A program made the position numbers and the translations under genes. A DNA stretch of 64,000 bases from Laetmonice hystrix (Eukaryota): assembly GCA_965235115.1 (NCBI GenBank), contig OZ249436.1, positions 7,068,001-7,132,000 of the forward strand, read 5' to 3'. A model generated the notes under the pieces. It saw only the letters and a program-made list of their open reading frames with translations, searched no databases and was not told the DNA's origin. Shown piece by piece: positions 14,226 to 30,132 of the stretch (position 1 is its first letter; each line of letters begins with the position of its first letter).

Positions 14226-17200
14226 CTAGAATGACACGGATGATTTTATTATCCGGCAATCCATCTCACCCGTCTTCCTGGGACGTATACTGCACCACTC
14301 GCCTCTGGCTGCTATCGCTAACAAATTTACAGTTTGAACAGGTGGGAGTATAGACAACATATGTCCACTGTTTCATCTGTCACATCTTACTGCATCTTCT
14401 TTTAGGAAGAGTTATCTAAATCAATTCGTTCCAAGGTCAAATTACAGAGCGGCATAAAATGACGGTCAGCAGACCGCGACAATCTGGCCACCTGTACGGT
14501 CATATATCAGGGTGCCGTGTGTCGTACTTGGACCGCCTGACATCCACCTGTCCCTTACAGATTTATCAGCACCCTACCCCGGTCAGTGTGCAGCCATCGC
14601 GGAATCTACCGCTAACGTCCTTGATCTCAATACAAATAATGTGCACTTAAAGGTTATCAGCGTGAAATAAACTGACTGCATTCAACCAGGTAACGTGGTC
14701 TCATAAAATCTCCTGCACCCAGAATCTACGCTCCAATTATTCAGTAGCAGAGAATCTCTACGTGGAAGAAAACAAACTCTACACACCAACGTGATAATAA
14801 TTGATATATCACATCGATTAACATTGACCTCTATAGAGGCCTACAATAACTTTCCACCTTGCACTTTCACTTCAAAATTCAAATAATTGTACCCTTTTTA
14901 CTCCTTCACCGGTACATGAGAATATTATAAGTGACCGTGTCTGCAAGTTAGATAAACTCAAATTGCAGCTTCACTTCACTTCTGATCCTGTCCGCTCTGT
15001 GTCCTCCTTTGTGTGTCAGTTCCCTCAAACATGCGGTTGCTTTCGGCCAACTCTCCGCCAGGGGTCACTGCAGTCGGCGAACATTATGGCCGCCTGAGTT
15101 CGATCTTAAATCACACACACTGAAAAAGGCGTCATCAGCCAGACCCCTGATGACCACCTACAACGCCCTCTTGGGGCCCACAGCTGAGAATTGTTATTAA
15201 TTAACACCAAATCCTGACAAGTTTTTCTTAATTTGTGCATTTAATTAAGGTTAATGATTATGCATATGTGGCCAGTAGAGGGCATGGATTTTGGGAGTCG
15301 CTATACATGAATGCATGCCAAGCCAAAGCTAATGACAATTATCCTTCGACACACATTATGGTAAATTGTCCTATTTTGTCTTAATCAAATGTAAATTCCC
15401 AAAACTAAATTTTGCATGTATTAATGTAATCATTCTCGACTTAACGTTTCGTTTAAACTGCCGAATCTCGACAAAATCTTTACTCCATATCTCAAAGTAA
15501 TAAATAGACAATTTCCAAAATTAATACAATCCACATTATACGGCAGTGCAGATAGAACAACCTTAGTTGATGATGACTTCACTCGCCACTATGGTAGGAG
15601 CCTTGCATTGCACATTCCGATAACTTTCCACTATAGTTTCAACACTATAATCCCACACTCATTTGACATCAATAGTATTTGTTTAAAACTCCAATAACTG
15701 ATAGAAAAATCTCCAGTTTGTTAGAGGTGAGCATACAAGCTAGAACTCGTGGTTAGGCAGGAAGTGTCCTCGAATAAATCTGTTTTGAGAAATGGCGTTT
15801 GGTCAGCGAAGCTTGTGTCCCCAGCATGGGGAAATTCAATAAGTGCTGATCCGTGAGCTTACAGTGATCGGTCTGGCTTGAGGTGGCTACTTGTAGGAAA
15901 TCCTCGCCAGTCCTCACGAGACAGCGAGACGAGAGATCTGCCCCAGGGCCGCGTCCCCCGGGCTTCATTAACGCCATATATCAATTAGTGCCAACTCGCG
16001 TCCTGCCGAGTTTTCACATCTTCTCCCTGCTCATCAGCATGCGCAAACTTTCTCACCACCATTGACCAATTAAAATTCATTAATGTATCTGTCAAGAGTG
16101 ATTAATTTTTGGTGGGCGATCCAGCAGTTGCCCAGCGATCCCTCTTGTAACCAAGCGCGTGCCTTCCACCTCGGAGGACGGTCAGCGTGAGTCGATAATG
16201 GGCGTTGTGTAGTGATAAGACGGCAAGTAACGCTTCCCATTGTCCTGCAGAGAATACCATGCCGTATGAATACCAAACAGCTCCTTATCACACCCATCTG
16301 GGAGTAATTACTCTTTGTTTACACTTTTATCTCGGTGACCAAAGACGGCCTGGACGCACTGACAATGTTATGCGGCACCTTTGTGCGGCGCTCCGTACTC
16401 GAAGGGCATGTGAAGGATATAAAGCTGAGAGAACTGTACGAACCTCACCTTCGCCATCCAATTACACAGCTCATTGCCAGCCTCTCTCTGGCTCTCTCAC
16501 AGGAAATGGCATATAAAGAAGTAGTGAACAGACAGTAAATAACCCGAACTGCATACTGCAAGCTTCACGATGTGTCGAAGTGTTAAGTCATCCCCGTGTT
16601 CATTGCATGGCCCGAATGGAACCTGGGAACTCAACACTCCGCTGGGACGAAGCTTGGTCAAACAGGTCGACAATTGACGTCTCACAGGATACACTAGGTG
16701 ATGTCGGCAACATCTGACAATAACGACAAAGGCGCATATAAAGAGCCCATGTAATTGGTCCATAATAGCATCCCTAATACAAGTCAAACACGCCATAAAA
16801 ACCTGCCTTTCTGAGCCCCGCTTTTGATGTCATTATATGACGAGATATGTGTAATCCTGATCCATTACAGCCAATCTGACTGCAGCCTGCCTGACATAAA
16901 ATCATGAAGAACATCCCAAAAACCCACTCTTATTGTCAGTCAAAAGTACCCTTTGAAAAGTGAATCAATTTCAATAATGGAGCATACAAATCTCAACGAT
17001 GAAAGACGAGAAACCACCACACAGAAAAAACACCGCTTCTCTGTTCCACATCAATGTTGGATGGCATTCGCTGGCGGTTGGGGGTTACATTGATACAGGG
17101 ATGAACGCTGAAGTAGTGAAATACAATGGCGTGACAGCCATCTATACCTGTGCTTAGAGTAAAGATGAGAATCCTGCAAATAAAGTGAAGACGTACAAAT

Positions 17201-17446
17201 TCCACCAACGATCACGTAAGCAATCATATAAGTGGTATGAAACATGAATTGTGTGATATTAAACGGGATTATGAAATGTCAGATTAGAGTACTGCACCTG
17301 ACATGATGACACCTATGTTCTCGTTCACTTTCCCTCTCACCGGATGATGTTTGCAACATATTTCTCAGTTATCATTTACCGATAAAAAAAATAACAAATG
17401 GTTACTATTGCAATATATGAGAACACTTTATACCGGTATTGGGTCG

Positions 17447-17598
17447 GGTGTCGCAGGCAGGATGGTCCCCGTGCAATATGGTCCGCGCGACCCTGGTTAC
17501 TTATAAGGGAACCCAACTGTATGGTGGGGGACCATTTTGCACAGGACAAAAGGTCCGCTAGGACCATTTCCCATGGGGACCAGATTGCATCTGACACC
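17447..17598. mobile_element. Decayed MITE (non-autonomous DNA transposon)
   Basis: Imperfect ~40-bp TIRs: left ggtgtcgcaggcaggatggtccccgtgcaatatggtcc versus right reverse complement ggtgtcagatgcaatctggtccccatgggaaatggtcc. Internal ggtcc/ggacc sub-repeats; no clear TSD. Confidence 0.65.
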
Positions 17599-19546
17599 GG
17601 CCTTCCCGATTGAAACAAATATGATTACTATTCTAGCTCTCCAGCGTCCACAGCCATTTCGAGCACAACTCTCTCTATACACCTTCTTCTAATGCCGAAC
17701 ATATTCTAGAGAATATCTAGATTTTCTCTCTGTTTTGTTTCTCTTATTTGAGTGTCCATGGTTTTAAGAATATAAAACCAACCAACTAAACCTTTGCACA
17801 ACAGCACAATTGAATGTTGATTATTCACTCAGGAGTCAGAGATCTGCAGCCAAGTTGCCCAAACTGTCCACCCCACCACCACCACCACCAACCCTGTTTG
17901 CATGACCGCATCTCCCTAAAATGACCACTGGTCAATCCCTATGGCTCACCGACCCCGCCCCACCGTGACCCCCACTACCCTACCACGCCCCAACCCCGAG
18001 GCTGGGGGATAAATCAATTAACCCCCACACCCAATCTTCATTAGTCGGTCGCAGACAGAATACATATTTCCAAAATTAATCAAATGTGCCAAATGCATGC
18101 AATATTCGGCTAATAATGCCATTTTGAAGAAATCCATAGCTAGCCCAGTTTTTATGGTCACAGCATGAATCCTACCACGGGTAATACCTCGGAGATCTCC
18201 CGGCGCCACACTGAGCTGAGTAACAAGCCATGAGTAAGGAACCCCGGAATACTCACCACAAAAACACCCATCTCATTGCAGTTCACAGCACATTTTACAT
18301 GATTTTCGAGATCGAGGTAGGAAGGTAATTCATGACTAATGTACAAATAGGGACATATTCAATTTCAATTATTCATGTCTACCGAATAGCGAATTCGTCC
18401 ACCATAACCAATAATGATGTCCACTCTCCTGTTTTTCACAGTCTTACCAATTATAAACCATAGATTAAGCACATGGTTTTACTTGCCAGTATTTCACTTT
18501 AACCACACCTCACTAACTCTGAGTGACGAGTATTTGCTAGAGGTTTGGTAACTTCTGTGAGCCCGTTCGGTACAATTTCCAGGTATTCCACCATAAATGA
18601 GAATTTGTGAACTCTATTGCGACCCGCGAAATGTTTGTAAGGTATCACTCTGGAGCTTTCACAAGCGCTGAAATCTCTCAGGAAGGTCCCTTACTCATTT
18701 TGCCGCTTGTCCGGAGGAAATGGCCCCCATTAATATCTCTATGAAACGAGTCTCCACTCCATAAAAGTCGCCGTTATAATAGAAGGTACTGCGCAGCAGC
18801 GGGCGACAGAGTGACGAATGTATGCTCGGACGGCCGGAAGATCGCATTAAAGATGCCATAAATAAATGTCGCCATAATTGTTATGTCCTCCTCTAAGACC
18901 ATTGTTCACGGACCCCGATTCTGTAGGCCTGCAGCCAAGCGAGACGTTCATGTGTCCACCACAGCCCAGTCCGTCAGATGCATCAGTACACATCAACCAG
19001 CTTTCATCCCTGTGCAGAATGTCACACCAATGAAACCATTAAGGCTGGAATAAAAATGGGAACAACACCTGAGAGTTCATTTTTGTTCCATCTCTTTTTT
19101 CAGTCATAATTCTATCAAGTTGTCATTAAGTGACGACTCTTTTTAATCACATGGGAAACAACATCCTTCACGAGCATGGCTCATTCTGTACAGGAGGATG
19201 CATGTACCGTAGTAAATCAGTAACTTTCAGTGCGTCCCGGCTATAGGGAAGATCCGCTGTTCTACCTTATGACCTCTGCTGAGAATGAATGGCGCCAGCA
19301 AGGTTCTATTACAGGACTCCACTGGTATTGCTATGTTTGTATTCACCTTCACGACATGTCACACATGCAGACGATAGAGCAGGTGCCGTGCGGGATACCG
19401 GTCGTATTATTAGTCACATATCTTGAACAAAGGTATGATGTCCAAGGTGAGGGATGAAGGTCAGATGAACGGTTGGGTTTACAATCCTGGGGCTACCTTT
19501 ACTAATACGGCTATCGTCTTTGCTAAGTGATGGTTGGCCAAAATGG

Positions 19547-19564
19547 CCAAGGTCATTGAGGTCA
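19547..19564 (+). promoter_or_regulatory. Perfect nuclear-receptor DR3 with CCA 5' extension
   Basis: CCA AGGTCA ttg AGGTCA. Confidence 0.45.
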
Positions 19565-22500
19565 AATGAAGATTGTGGTTATCATTGCATGCGGATATAA
19601 TTAATTACCTCTCTTTATTTTGTAAACTGAAACTGACTGAAGTTAGAAAGAATCGGACAAGAAAGTTGTAACTTCAAACTGTACCTACAGCTTACTGCCT
19701 ATTTAAATGCTACAGATGGATTCATGGATCTAAAACGAAGGCCCATCCTCCCGATCCTAATTCCTGGATTTAAAATCCTAATGCTTATTACAATACTAGA
19801 AATAGATAAGGCCTTATTGTTTGCGACTGCATGATACTTAAGTGGTCCACAACCAGCAGTTCACTGATTTCTTTAATCTATTTGCTTTCTATATGTGAGG
19901 GAAACACGTGTACTTCACCAACAACAAAGGATATTTTTTACAACAGTTTTGGCGACAAAATTGGAGGGATGGGCCAAATCCGGTAGCTCCATTAGCCCTG
20001 GGTTGAGAAACAAAGAACCCAGTGGAAATGGGACATGTGAAATTATAGCTGTCTGGCGTTGGTCTGAGATTATGTCAGAAACAAATGACAGGCTGCACGG
20101 TTTGAGACATGATTGCTGAGTGGCCTGGCGATTACCACTGGCCGTCTCGTTGTGAGCTTGCTGTCACGTGTGTCCCGAGTCACGTGCTCGCGTCCCTCTC
20201 ACGGCACGCACACACAGCCCGCTTCGTCCTCATACCTAAAGTCACTTCCGAGTAAACCTACTCCATGACCGCTAGAACATCCATCAGGTCTAATTTATGT
20301 TTATGTTTAAAATGTGAACTCCTTTGTAAAGTATACTTTGATAGACGTTTGAAAATCTTCTCATCTTTCAGTCAACTTCAACCCAAGGAAACTCCCAACT
20401 CTAACAAACAGCGTAATCAGGTTCCAAGGAAAGAAGGAACACTTTCAATCTAGTTGAACAAAAATGTATGTATATACCCCGGTGAATTCTACTTTTATAG
20501 GACTACTTAGCCCTTATTAGAAATCATTTCCGAGTCCCTATGTTTATTTCAAAGAACATGAATTCATTAGCTGTGATTTCCCGTGAATTCTGAGCAGTCA
20601 GGCAAACAAGCTTCATCAATAAAATGAGATTGAACAGAAGTTTAAGTTCACAATCTCTCGAGCGCTTCCTGATGTTTTCAAAGCCTAGCGGTGAGCACAA
20701 ATGTTTGATTCCCAGAGACATGTATGGCCAATTCCCCGTCACATTAAACCTGGGGACCGACCACCAGGTGGCAGATCATGCCTACATTGTTACAGTATTT
20801 AGACCCAACCACCCAAGCAGGAAAACCGTGGTCAAAAACTGTTCAGGCAGAAGACAGAGTGACACCTGCTTGGAAATATTAGTGTAAAACTGGCTAAACT
20901 ATCCCGGGCCATGTTAAATATGATCAGCCTCGGCCCCCTATGGTTATGCCCGTCAAATGACCGACTCATCGGGCCAAAGCCAATGAGGCACGAAATGGGG
21001 GTGCAGACTTTATTTCATTTACAATTCATACCCGTTCTGAGCAAATATTGCACTTTCACTGGCAGCACCTGACCTGACCTTGTGGGGAATAATGGCCAAG
21101 GTCAGCCATCATGTGACCCCTGGTTGCTATTGGTTATGGAAATGCAAGTCATGTGAGGCAGGGGCTCATAACTGTGCAAGTCTAATGTAATCACTGGGAT
21201 CTGCCATGTGTGTGGTACAGTCGTAGTGTAGTTTCTACAGTATTTGGGTCTCCGATTTGAGCCATATAATACAACAAGGAACCTATTTAACGTCAATGCC
21301 TGAACAGTATGTGCATTTATGGTTAAGGAAACAGACGCACACGGCTTGGAGTACACAGAATTGACAACGACGACCACTACATAGTTTTGCTATTCTAATT
21401 TGAATTCCAGGTGGTGGAGCAACAGCTGCTATGTAAAACATGTGGCTTTGGCCGTTGCAATTCTAACAGCTGATCAGAGCCTTTCCCATAAAACATAAAC
21501 TGTAAAAGCAATTAAATCAGATATGACCTTTTCACTCGCCTAATGACGTTATAAATACGAGATCTTATCTATTTGGCGTACCATACAGACAATTTACCTC
21601 CTCAAACCTCACGCATTCCTATCCAGGTCCACAGTTTGATCTTTTATTAAAGTTCTGTTTAGGTGTGTCCATTCTCCAGTAGAAAAATCCATGTTAACCG
21701 TACATACTTATCTTAAAACTGACGATCAAAACTAACCTTAGCGTACATTATATTTAAAAGTAATATATGCCATTAGTTGTTAAGTCGTTGCCTTAGTAAC
21801 ATCATACTTAACAGGTCTATGTATAAAAAAATATTTTCTGTGAATAATAAAAATGATATGAAAATGCACAAAATTGTCGTTGCAATATTGCAGCTATAGA
21901 GACAAATGTTCTTGTGCGTGTTGGTGTACTTTAATTTTTCGTTTCACGCAGTCTTAGAATTGTGATAGAGGCCTTCTATTAATGAAAACCAGAGTATTTG
22001 AGATTACTTCGCCCAAAGTGAGCCTGGACTGCCCTACGACTGTCATAACCCGTTTTTTTAAACAGACATGTGATGTGGTTTGAAGACATGCCACAACGAC
22101 ACTCAGCCCCCTTACCCCCCAGCGTCCCAGCGACCTTGACCCCGCCTCCGCCTCACCCATTACCAGGTTTGCCTAATGTTTGCCTTTTGTCTCCACCTAA
22201 TTGCAGGCAGATTAATTGTCTTGGGAGGTTGGTCCGTACGGAGTGCCATCTTCTATAATAGCCCGAGACAACTCCCCTGCTACTTAATACATGCTCTGTG
22301 TCATTACAGTGTCGAACTCTGACTCACACGTCGCCTTCCCCACTCCACTCAGACCACCCTCATCATCTCAGTGTCTAAAAGGTAATGCGAGCAAACAGTT
22401 CCTCCCGTCCCGTCCAGTCTCTCCAGCTATCTGGTATCCTCTCAGGGCTGTCTGGAAGCTCTAGGTTTATCCAGTACATTAGCTGATAAGGTATCCATGA

Positions 22501-22973
22501 CAGCGCGCCGTCTGGACAGAATGACCGTGATTTGTAGCTCTCCTAGGGATTCACATTAACGACGGTTCACTTCCTACCTGAGATGGGCCTTTTCTCATCC
22601 TGAGTACAGTGATCAGGTACTATCAAATGGTATGACTAATCTAAAACCAATTCAAACCTTTACAAGGTCAGGGAAGAAACTCCTTGAGGCTATATCCAGG
22701 CCAAGCTCTAGCATCAAAAGTAAAGTGATTGTCTATACTAGCATAAGTACAATGTAGCCAATACAGTCAGAAATAAGTTCAAGAAACAACCTCTTTGTCG
22801 TGGGACCAGCATGCATATTTATTAACCAGATTAACTAGGGTGGCATTATCAACAAGAATTAGAGCCGTTAAATTAGCTCAATATTTTCCACCAATTACAT
22901 GGTTTATAGATCAGTTCTAACACCACTCTTACACCAACTCTCCTTACTCTTTAGACGTATCTAATAAACTGTA

Positions 22974-23053
22974 CTTCTGAGAGACACATACTACAGCGGC
23001 ATGGAAATAACCTTCTGAGAGACCCATACTACAGCGGCATGGAAATAACCTTC
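22974..23053. repeat. 38-bp tandem duplication
   Basis: cttctgagagac(a/c)catactacagcggcatggaaataac x2 plus cttc; one mismatch. Confidence 0.95.
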
Positions 23054-26000
23054 ATATAACATTACCACATTAGGGTTTCCTAGCTGTCGTATTAATCCAC
23101 AAGTTTCCCCAACAATCTATCAATCTACAAGTGACCCTTTCAGTCACGAACCGGTCAGTAGCCTCCTTCCCCAATCCAGTAAAAGCAGTATGTTTGTTCC
23201 CCGCCTGTAACTTGGACAAGTCGTAGCACTTTGCCTCCTGTTACAAATCATACTTTTCCTATACTACTCCCGACTCTCACCGCTACAGACGGCAGCTGAA
23301 TGACAACTTACCATCAGTTATGTTTGTATACTGTCGCCACGACTGAAGGCCCTACCGACTGAGGATACAGGTCTACTGGAATGTTACCACTACATTGTTT
23401 GTCTTGCCTCTGCCTTGAGCCTCATCTACACTGTGTATACAAGAAAAACACCAGCATCACAACCTCCAAGGAGTGCTGATATGCCCTGAACGATACGAAA
23501 ACAATCACAAACGTAATTGCCTTGTGCCCTTTGGGCTTTCACAAAGCCGGACGACCAATTTACAATCTATTCCTCTAATGTTGAAAACCTGCTCCACTTC
23601 CAAAGGGCTCCATGCCTACAACATTGTCTGGTCCTGCTGAAGCTGTAATCACCGTGTACTGCCATGTTTCCTTCAGCCCTCGAGAGGCGTGGAGGTGTTT
23701 AGGTCAAGTCCCTCACCACCAAACAGAATGTGCAGAGTCGGCTGAGCTAACACGGAGGACGCTAGTTTAGCAGTATGAGCTGTAAACAGATGGGCGCCTT
23801 CTAGGATCTGGAGCCTGTCACACAGAGTCCATGGACACGGCGAGCAGAACCAATGTTAATATCTTTCAAACATCTGAAAGCAAGCAGCCGGATATTACTT
23901 GATATATCTTCCCGATAAATCAACCAATTTGAAAAAGTCCTAACCCCAGAAAGCGAAAGAAATATCGAGGTTGACCTCGATCACCAGTTTCTTTCACTGG
24001 AATGAAACTAATTTCTAAAAGTTTCAGCTGCCATTCACTAGTGTGGAACAGTTAATAACAGAAGCTACAACGTAAGGGAAGGTCAAGTATTATTTTTTTG
24101 TTTCCTCCAAAGACAAAACACCATGTCGTGCCGTTAACTAATACAAAATTGGTCATGATGTTGCTGTGTCACGACGAGTGAGACTCTTCACCTCCAAATG
24201 TCTGATCAGAAAATCTCAGTTTGTGGCGAACACGAGTAGAGCGACTTAATGAATTCCGTCTAAAGTTGCCCAATAAGGAAGCAGAAATTCTGCAGTGGCC
24301 ACTTGGTCTGGCATTCATCATCTGGCTCTGGCAGTTTTCGCTCAAGACATTAGCATCTTCAGCCATTGCAATTATACAGCTTCACAAATTGGAGACCATA
24401 AAACAAGCCATAAGCTGCTGAATGCATAATTTCAATTTTTGATTTGGAGAAACTTGTTCCTTAGCTGTCAGATCCTACGATTGATTTGCAATCATCTATG
24501 CGGCTAACTCTCCAAGTCTGCATCTCGGCACAGATCAGACGAGACGATTTAATTGGCGTAAAAGCCACATGCATAATGCAGCTGCACAATCGCCCCATTG
24601 CTTAGCGCAAATCACCGGAGACAAAATAAAATATTTATGACAACTTTATTCATAAAACCATCTGATTTGAGTTAAAATGTGTGCAGGGTGTTGTTGTCAC
24701 CAGTTCGTGCTGAGAAGAGGTGTCTGACTCGGCAGTGTTCATCGCTGGCGATGGGAACTTAAACTCAAACAGGTCAACCCACCAGAGGATACTGGGAGAG
24801 GTCCTTATTTCATACAGTCCTATCCCAACGACCTCCACCGGAGCTGACACACGATTACCATGAATGATAAGTCTGTGGTACAATCTGTGAACCAGCCAAG
24901 GGGTGTCATCCCTCGGGACTCGGACAGTGAAGGACACTTGTTACTCTATCTGCCAGACTCTGCCTACAAGTGTCTTATCGGATCAGTCATTGTATGGAAA
25001 TAAGTCATAATCTGCCACTATTTGTCTGGGGTGGACCCGATGAAGTCAGCTACTCACTATAAATATGCTAATTCTGTTTGATTTAGCCCAAGATGAATGA
25101 AGAAGGCAAGGTTAGGTTACACCGCAGTGGAATCCCTCACACCACAGACCTGTCACTGGCATTCCCCTGCCTTACAAACATCCAAACATTCTACCAACAT
25201 AAAACCGATTCGTTTACATCTTCCTTATATCATAAATATGAACATCTCTCGTATGTTGGAGCAGAGATGGATTAAACAGCTGCATTGTGTTGTAAACACA
25301 ATTCTAAATCAAAGTCAAATAACCTTCAATGCTTAAGGCAGCATTAAGGCAGTTTACTGTTGACCTAGTAATGAAACCACTTAAGCAGAAAACTGCTAAT
25401 TTTCTTTGTTAGAAAGTGGACAAATCAATTTCCCCCTTCAGATTTATATCTATCGGTGGAAAGATTCTACAAGACATTTTTTCAGGATATTTATGTTAAT
25501 CCCCTGAATCCGATCAATTAATTTCTATCAGGATAATTGCCATAATTTTCCGGTGCTTTTATTAGATTTAAAACAAATCTGTTTTCAATTTTCTATATGA
25601 TATATGCAAGAGGGTTTAAACAAAGCAACCGTGGACATTAGCCTATTTTTGGCCGTATTATGAAAAAGGAGAACGATCACTTACCGCTTTTGTCTTTTAA
25701 AAGTCAAAGCCTAATCATTTGCATATTAGATCTGCTGAGCCCTTGGAATGAGTCACTAAATCTACAAGTTAATTGTTGCATCCGGTGACGTGCGCGAATT
25801 CCAATGGGATGGGACCCCGGCTTCCCAGTCCGTGCCCGCCCTCGCTTTACCCCCTGCCTGGGGTTCTTTACCCCTTACAAATCCTAGTGGGTCACCAGGG
25901 CCCTCCATGGGAAAACACGAATGTGTAAAATGGCCCACCCCAGAGACAAATTGCGGGAATACATGAGAAATGCTCATTTTACTACGTGTGACTAACGATC

Positions 26001-29000
26001 CCTCCATTGTCAACCCCATTGTTCTCGGCTGTCGGCTAAATGACAAATGGTGGAGGGATCACTTCTTACCGTTCTACCTTATTTCTGACCCCCTACCTAT
26101 CTTTGTCCTCCTTCACTTATATTGTATTAGTCATTAAACAATTATCATCAATGGCGCATTGATGTTCTTAAAACCCCCAACTACCCCCTGTGAACGGTTC
26201 CAGCCTGTCAGGGTGTCCACGCGACATGCTGGCACCCTCCTTGCCCACTCACCCCACCCCCACCCTCACCCCCACGCACCTGGTCCGAGTCGGGCCAATA
26301 CACACGTCTGGACCCTATGCAACGGAAATTGTGTAATTTACAGAAACATTAAAACAGATTGGAACCTAGCACGAAGAATTCAGCGGCAAAGGACTCAGAT
26401 AAAGGACACTGACAATGACTGAACCCTTGACCACCGTGAACGCCATGTCCAATAGTCTCATCAGCTCTGTATGCCAGTAAAATATATGTCGCGGGAGTCT
26501 TTTAGAAGAGACTGTTGGATATGGACGTTCGCGGCAATTAATTTACATAAAAATAAGGAAGTTTAAATTAACTGACCTTGACAATTTCCCTTTAAAATTG
26601 TTATGTAAAGTCCACAAAATTCTTGATAGGTGCTTGACCACACTTTTCCAGTAATAGTAACACTCTCCGGCTTTGATGATACAAAAAACATCTTTGGCTG
26701 CATGGTTACCTCCAATCCATTAGAAAAGATTAATTTATTTAGCAATCAGCCAAGGATTTCAGCATTCGTTCAGTCCTCATGCTGTTCTTTGCCTTAAAGT
26801 CTGCTAAATGTCTACCTAAGCCTATTCAGAGTTTCAAATTCGTTTTTAAACTTTAGAATTTATTACCGTCGCATGGAAGGTAATCCTCGCCATGGTACGG
26901 AGTCCCATAGGGTTAGGTTCAAGGATTTACCGGGCTTATGAATCACCGTTTGACTGCTCTAATGGACATTTCATTGCTAGAACTATTTTCATCCCAGTCA
27001 CCTATCAGCCAATATGTGGCTAATAACACCATCAATCTTTTAATAAATCTGTTCAATTTTCTGTCCATATCTTGTACAATATCGTGAACACAATTTTAAT
27101 TTTGGTTTTCAGGTTATGTTTTTTCCCGTACATAACAGAGACGAGGAAAGACAATTTATAAAAGTCTCATAGAATTATATTTTAAAAAGAGGGTTTAGAC
27201 TTGTCCCATCTGAATACTCTCCTAGATTTATAGGATTGTAGAAAAAGTCTCTGTTGATAGAGTTACATGCAAATATTTCCCACACGTCCGCGTTACCAAC
27301 GAAGGCGCATGTCAACTCACTTATTCTAGTGACAGGATGTACTCATTTCGATTTTAAATCACCAGTTTTTATTTGTAAATTTAAGTAAGACCAGAAATGT
27401 GCCTGAATGGGTAATATATCCTCTATATTGATTTGATAAACTTCATGATGCTCCACGACCAAATAGCTTGTTGGGTTGCTGACATGTTTGTGGGATGATT
27501 CCTGTTTTTACGATCGATACTGCCGCTGTGCCACGGTTCATAAAGCTGACACCTCACTAGTCGGTTGTAAACAACTGTCTCCCTATCAGGCGTTCACCGT
27601 TCGTGCACCCACAAATGGGCTGAGCTCACTCGGTAATCAACTGCCTCAATTTCACACCTTCCATATAGCAGCTCCCAGTTTGTGCCTGGACTTCACAGCT
27701 ACAGAACCCTGATGTCTGCATGTGCACGCTGTGGGGTGTCTTATTCTACACCAGGAGAACCCGAACATGTGGGGTTGTCCTATCACCCACAACAGGACAT
27801 GGCAGTGTGGGGAAACAGTTCCGTTCAGAAAAAAAGATTTGTCGCCAATGCGCTAATATAAATCAAATGGGCCTTCGCGATTTGTCAGAATCGATTCCTG
27901 TGAGTTATAGCCTTACTGAGTGAATAACCCGTATTGATCACCGTCAACAGTCAAGTTCAAATCGCTTCACCCACCAACAAACTGGTTTGTTTTCATCAAT
28001 ATCTGTTGATAAACCGAATAATGTACGTTGAAAACTTTACTGTGATTGACTTCACAGTATCTAAAGCCACAGAAAAGTTTCAGCTTCCGTAAACCAGAAA
28101 TCGTTTGCGACAGAAAGCACTGAATCTATCGATCAAAGTCGACTGGTCAGTATCCATGGAAACAATGCATAATCCTAAAGCCGCCAGTTCCAGGTTAAGC
28201 CAGGGCCTAAGTCTGGTGGTTCCGCTCCCATATCCCTGCCATTACTGAGGATGTGGACAAAATCCCAACATATGCACATTTCTGTGTGCAGGGCGGGGCA
28301 GTTGTTCACCCCAACAATCCCCACTTCCGATATGGACCAACTCTGGCAAGACAAGTGGGATACCCTGGACAAACGCGTAATTCGTGTCCCCCTCTCCTAA
28401 TTATTTTCCTTGAATCTATTTAGATCCTGTTGGCTTAAATGGATATCCCATGGCCATCCACTGGCAGTAATCACATGTGTCACCTGGTAGGCCGGATTTC
28501 AAAGTGAACTCCTGGCTTTCACCCCTCACATGTTCTGCCTCTGTCTGTATCTGTCTCTGTCTCTGATCTCATCTATATGTATACTTCTCTCCATGTTCTT
28601 TCTCGCCCTTCTCCTAAATATGGCTGGCCTACTCGTCCTGGCGCATTCGGGAATCCTCGGCCATATCTTCGAAAGTAGCCTCGGGTGAAACAGGTGCCAT
28701 TTTGAGCATTGCATCTCGGGTACATTTAGCCGGGACTCTCGACAGCATGGCAGTGCTTGCAGTATTTTGTCTGCATCAGGCATGGAAGCAACTAAAATAG
28801 GCCTACAATGCTTTCCCCGAAGTCAGTGGGCAATATTACAATAGTATCATGTCATGATACAACTTAAATTACAACATGATTACAAGTAGTCCTACCATGT
28901 GTCGGGCCAGTGTCGTACGCGTGTCGTACATGGGCGCGGCCATATTGCTTCCCAGAATTTAATAAATTACCGTATTGACGCCCATTTAGGTAAATTGGGT

Positions 29001-29169
29001 GATTCATTTTTCTTCTTCAAACGTTCCCCTTCATACCAGAAATTTATATTTGCACATACAACGCCGAAGGAGCGGGTGTCAATAATGCACTACTTCCTGG
29101 CTCGATGGGATATGACGGTTCACTCAGTGCCTCGCTACACACCTCCATTTGGCGGTGTATCTGGTTGCC

Positions 29170-29224
29170 AAACATGGCCGCTATTCCACCCGAGGGTATA
29201 TTCGAATAGCAGGAAGTGACGTCA
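29170..29224. promoter_or_regulatory. ETS-CRE composite with a YY1-like motif
   Basis: GGAAGTGACGTCA at 29212-29224 and AAACATGGCCGC at 29170-29181, in a CpG-rich patch. Confidence 0.45.
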
Positions 29225-30132
29225 TATGCCCGAGGGAGTCCCGAATGGTCCTGGCGCTGACAGTTCTCACTGGTCAATGATCAGATCACAGACAAAATTG
29301 GTGGCGTTTTAAATTGTCACAAACCCCTTCATTTTGTCTCATGCTTTCCCCTCAACTTCATGAGGTCCATTAGTGACTGGAGAGTATATATCTTCACCCT
29401 CCTGGCGCCACCTACTACTATCCTAATTATCAATATTCATCACTACCTTTGAATGGTTGAACTAACAGAATTTCAGATACTGGGACATTTTGCGTTCTCG
29501 GCATGAATGGTCTGTACAAGGTACTTTGTTTAAAGTTGATTCTACTACCCTTTTTAACTCCGCTAACCCTGCCACCGTATTGGAGGTAGTTGTGGAGCGA
29601 TCACTCTCGTACCCCCAATGTTCAGACAGTGGTCACAAACCCCTATCTCCCACCTTATCCCAGCTGACCCACATCAAGCAGGGAGGGGACGGCACTGACC
29701 CTCAAGGATGACTCACCTGGCAACAAAAGTGTCACATCACCTGAGAACGTACTCCCGCTAGGGGGGAGCTAATTGCTTCATTCCTGACGACTGCCCCCCG
29801 TGAGGAACAGAAGCCATGAATGAAGTGGTAGATCCTTCAGCTCACACATCATCTGTAGATATTGCCTCTTTCAGCCGCTTTTAATCTGGGCAACATTTAA
29901 TTTCGGTATAACTCCCCCCGACCTTCTAGGTACTTCCAAACTATCGTGAATTAAGGTGACCTATTTTCTCATGAACAAAGACGTCTGGCCTCATCCTCTA
30001 CATATATCCTTACATTCAGGTTGGGTACGTCTTTATTGTAGATAAAGTCATGTTATTTTGACCAGTAGCATCCCAAGCCTTCCTAGACATTGTAGTACAA
30101 AACGTTCTGAGGCAATGTAACTTTGTGAACGC

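Noticed and set aside
16205-16516. CSDKTAS and ACEGYKAERTVR resembling a nuclear-receptor zinc finger (CGDKAS...ACEGCKGFFRRTVR)
   Set aside because: The motifs are about 65 aa apart instead of about 8, and HYG, the second P-box Cys and FF are missing. No splice solution restores the domain.
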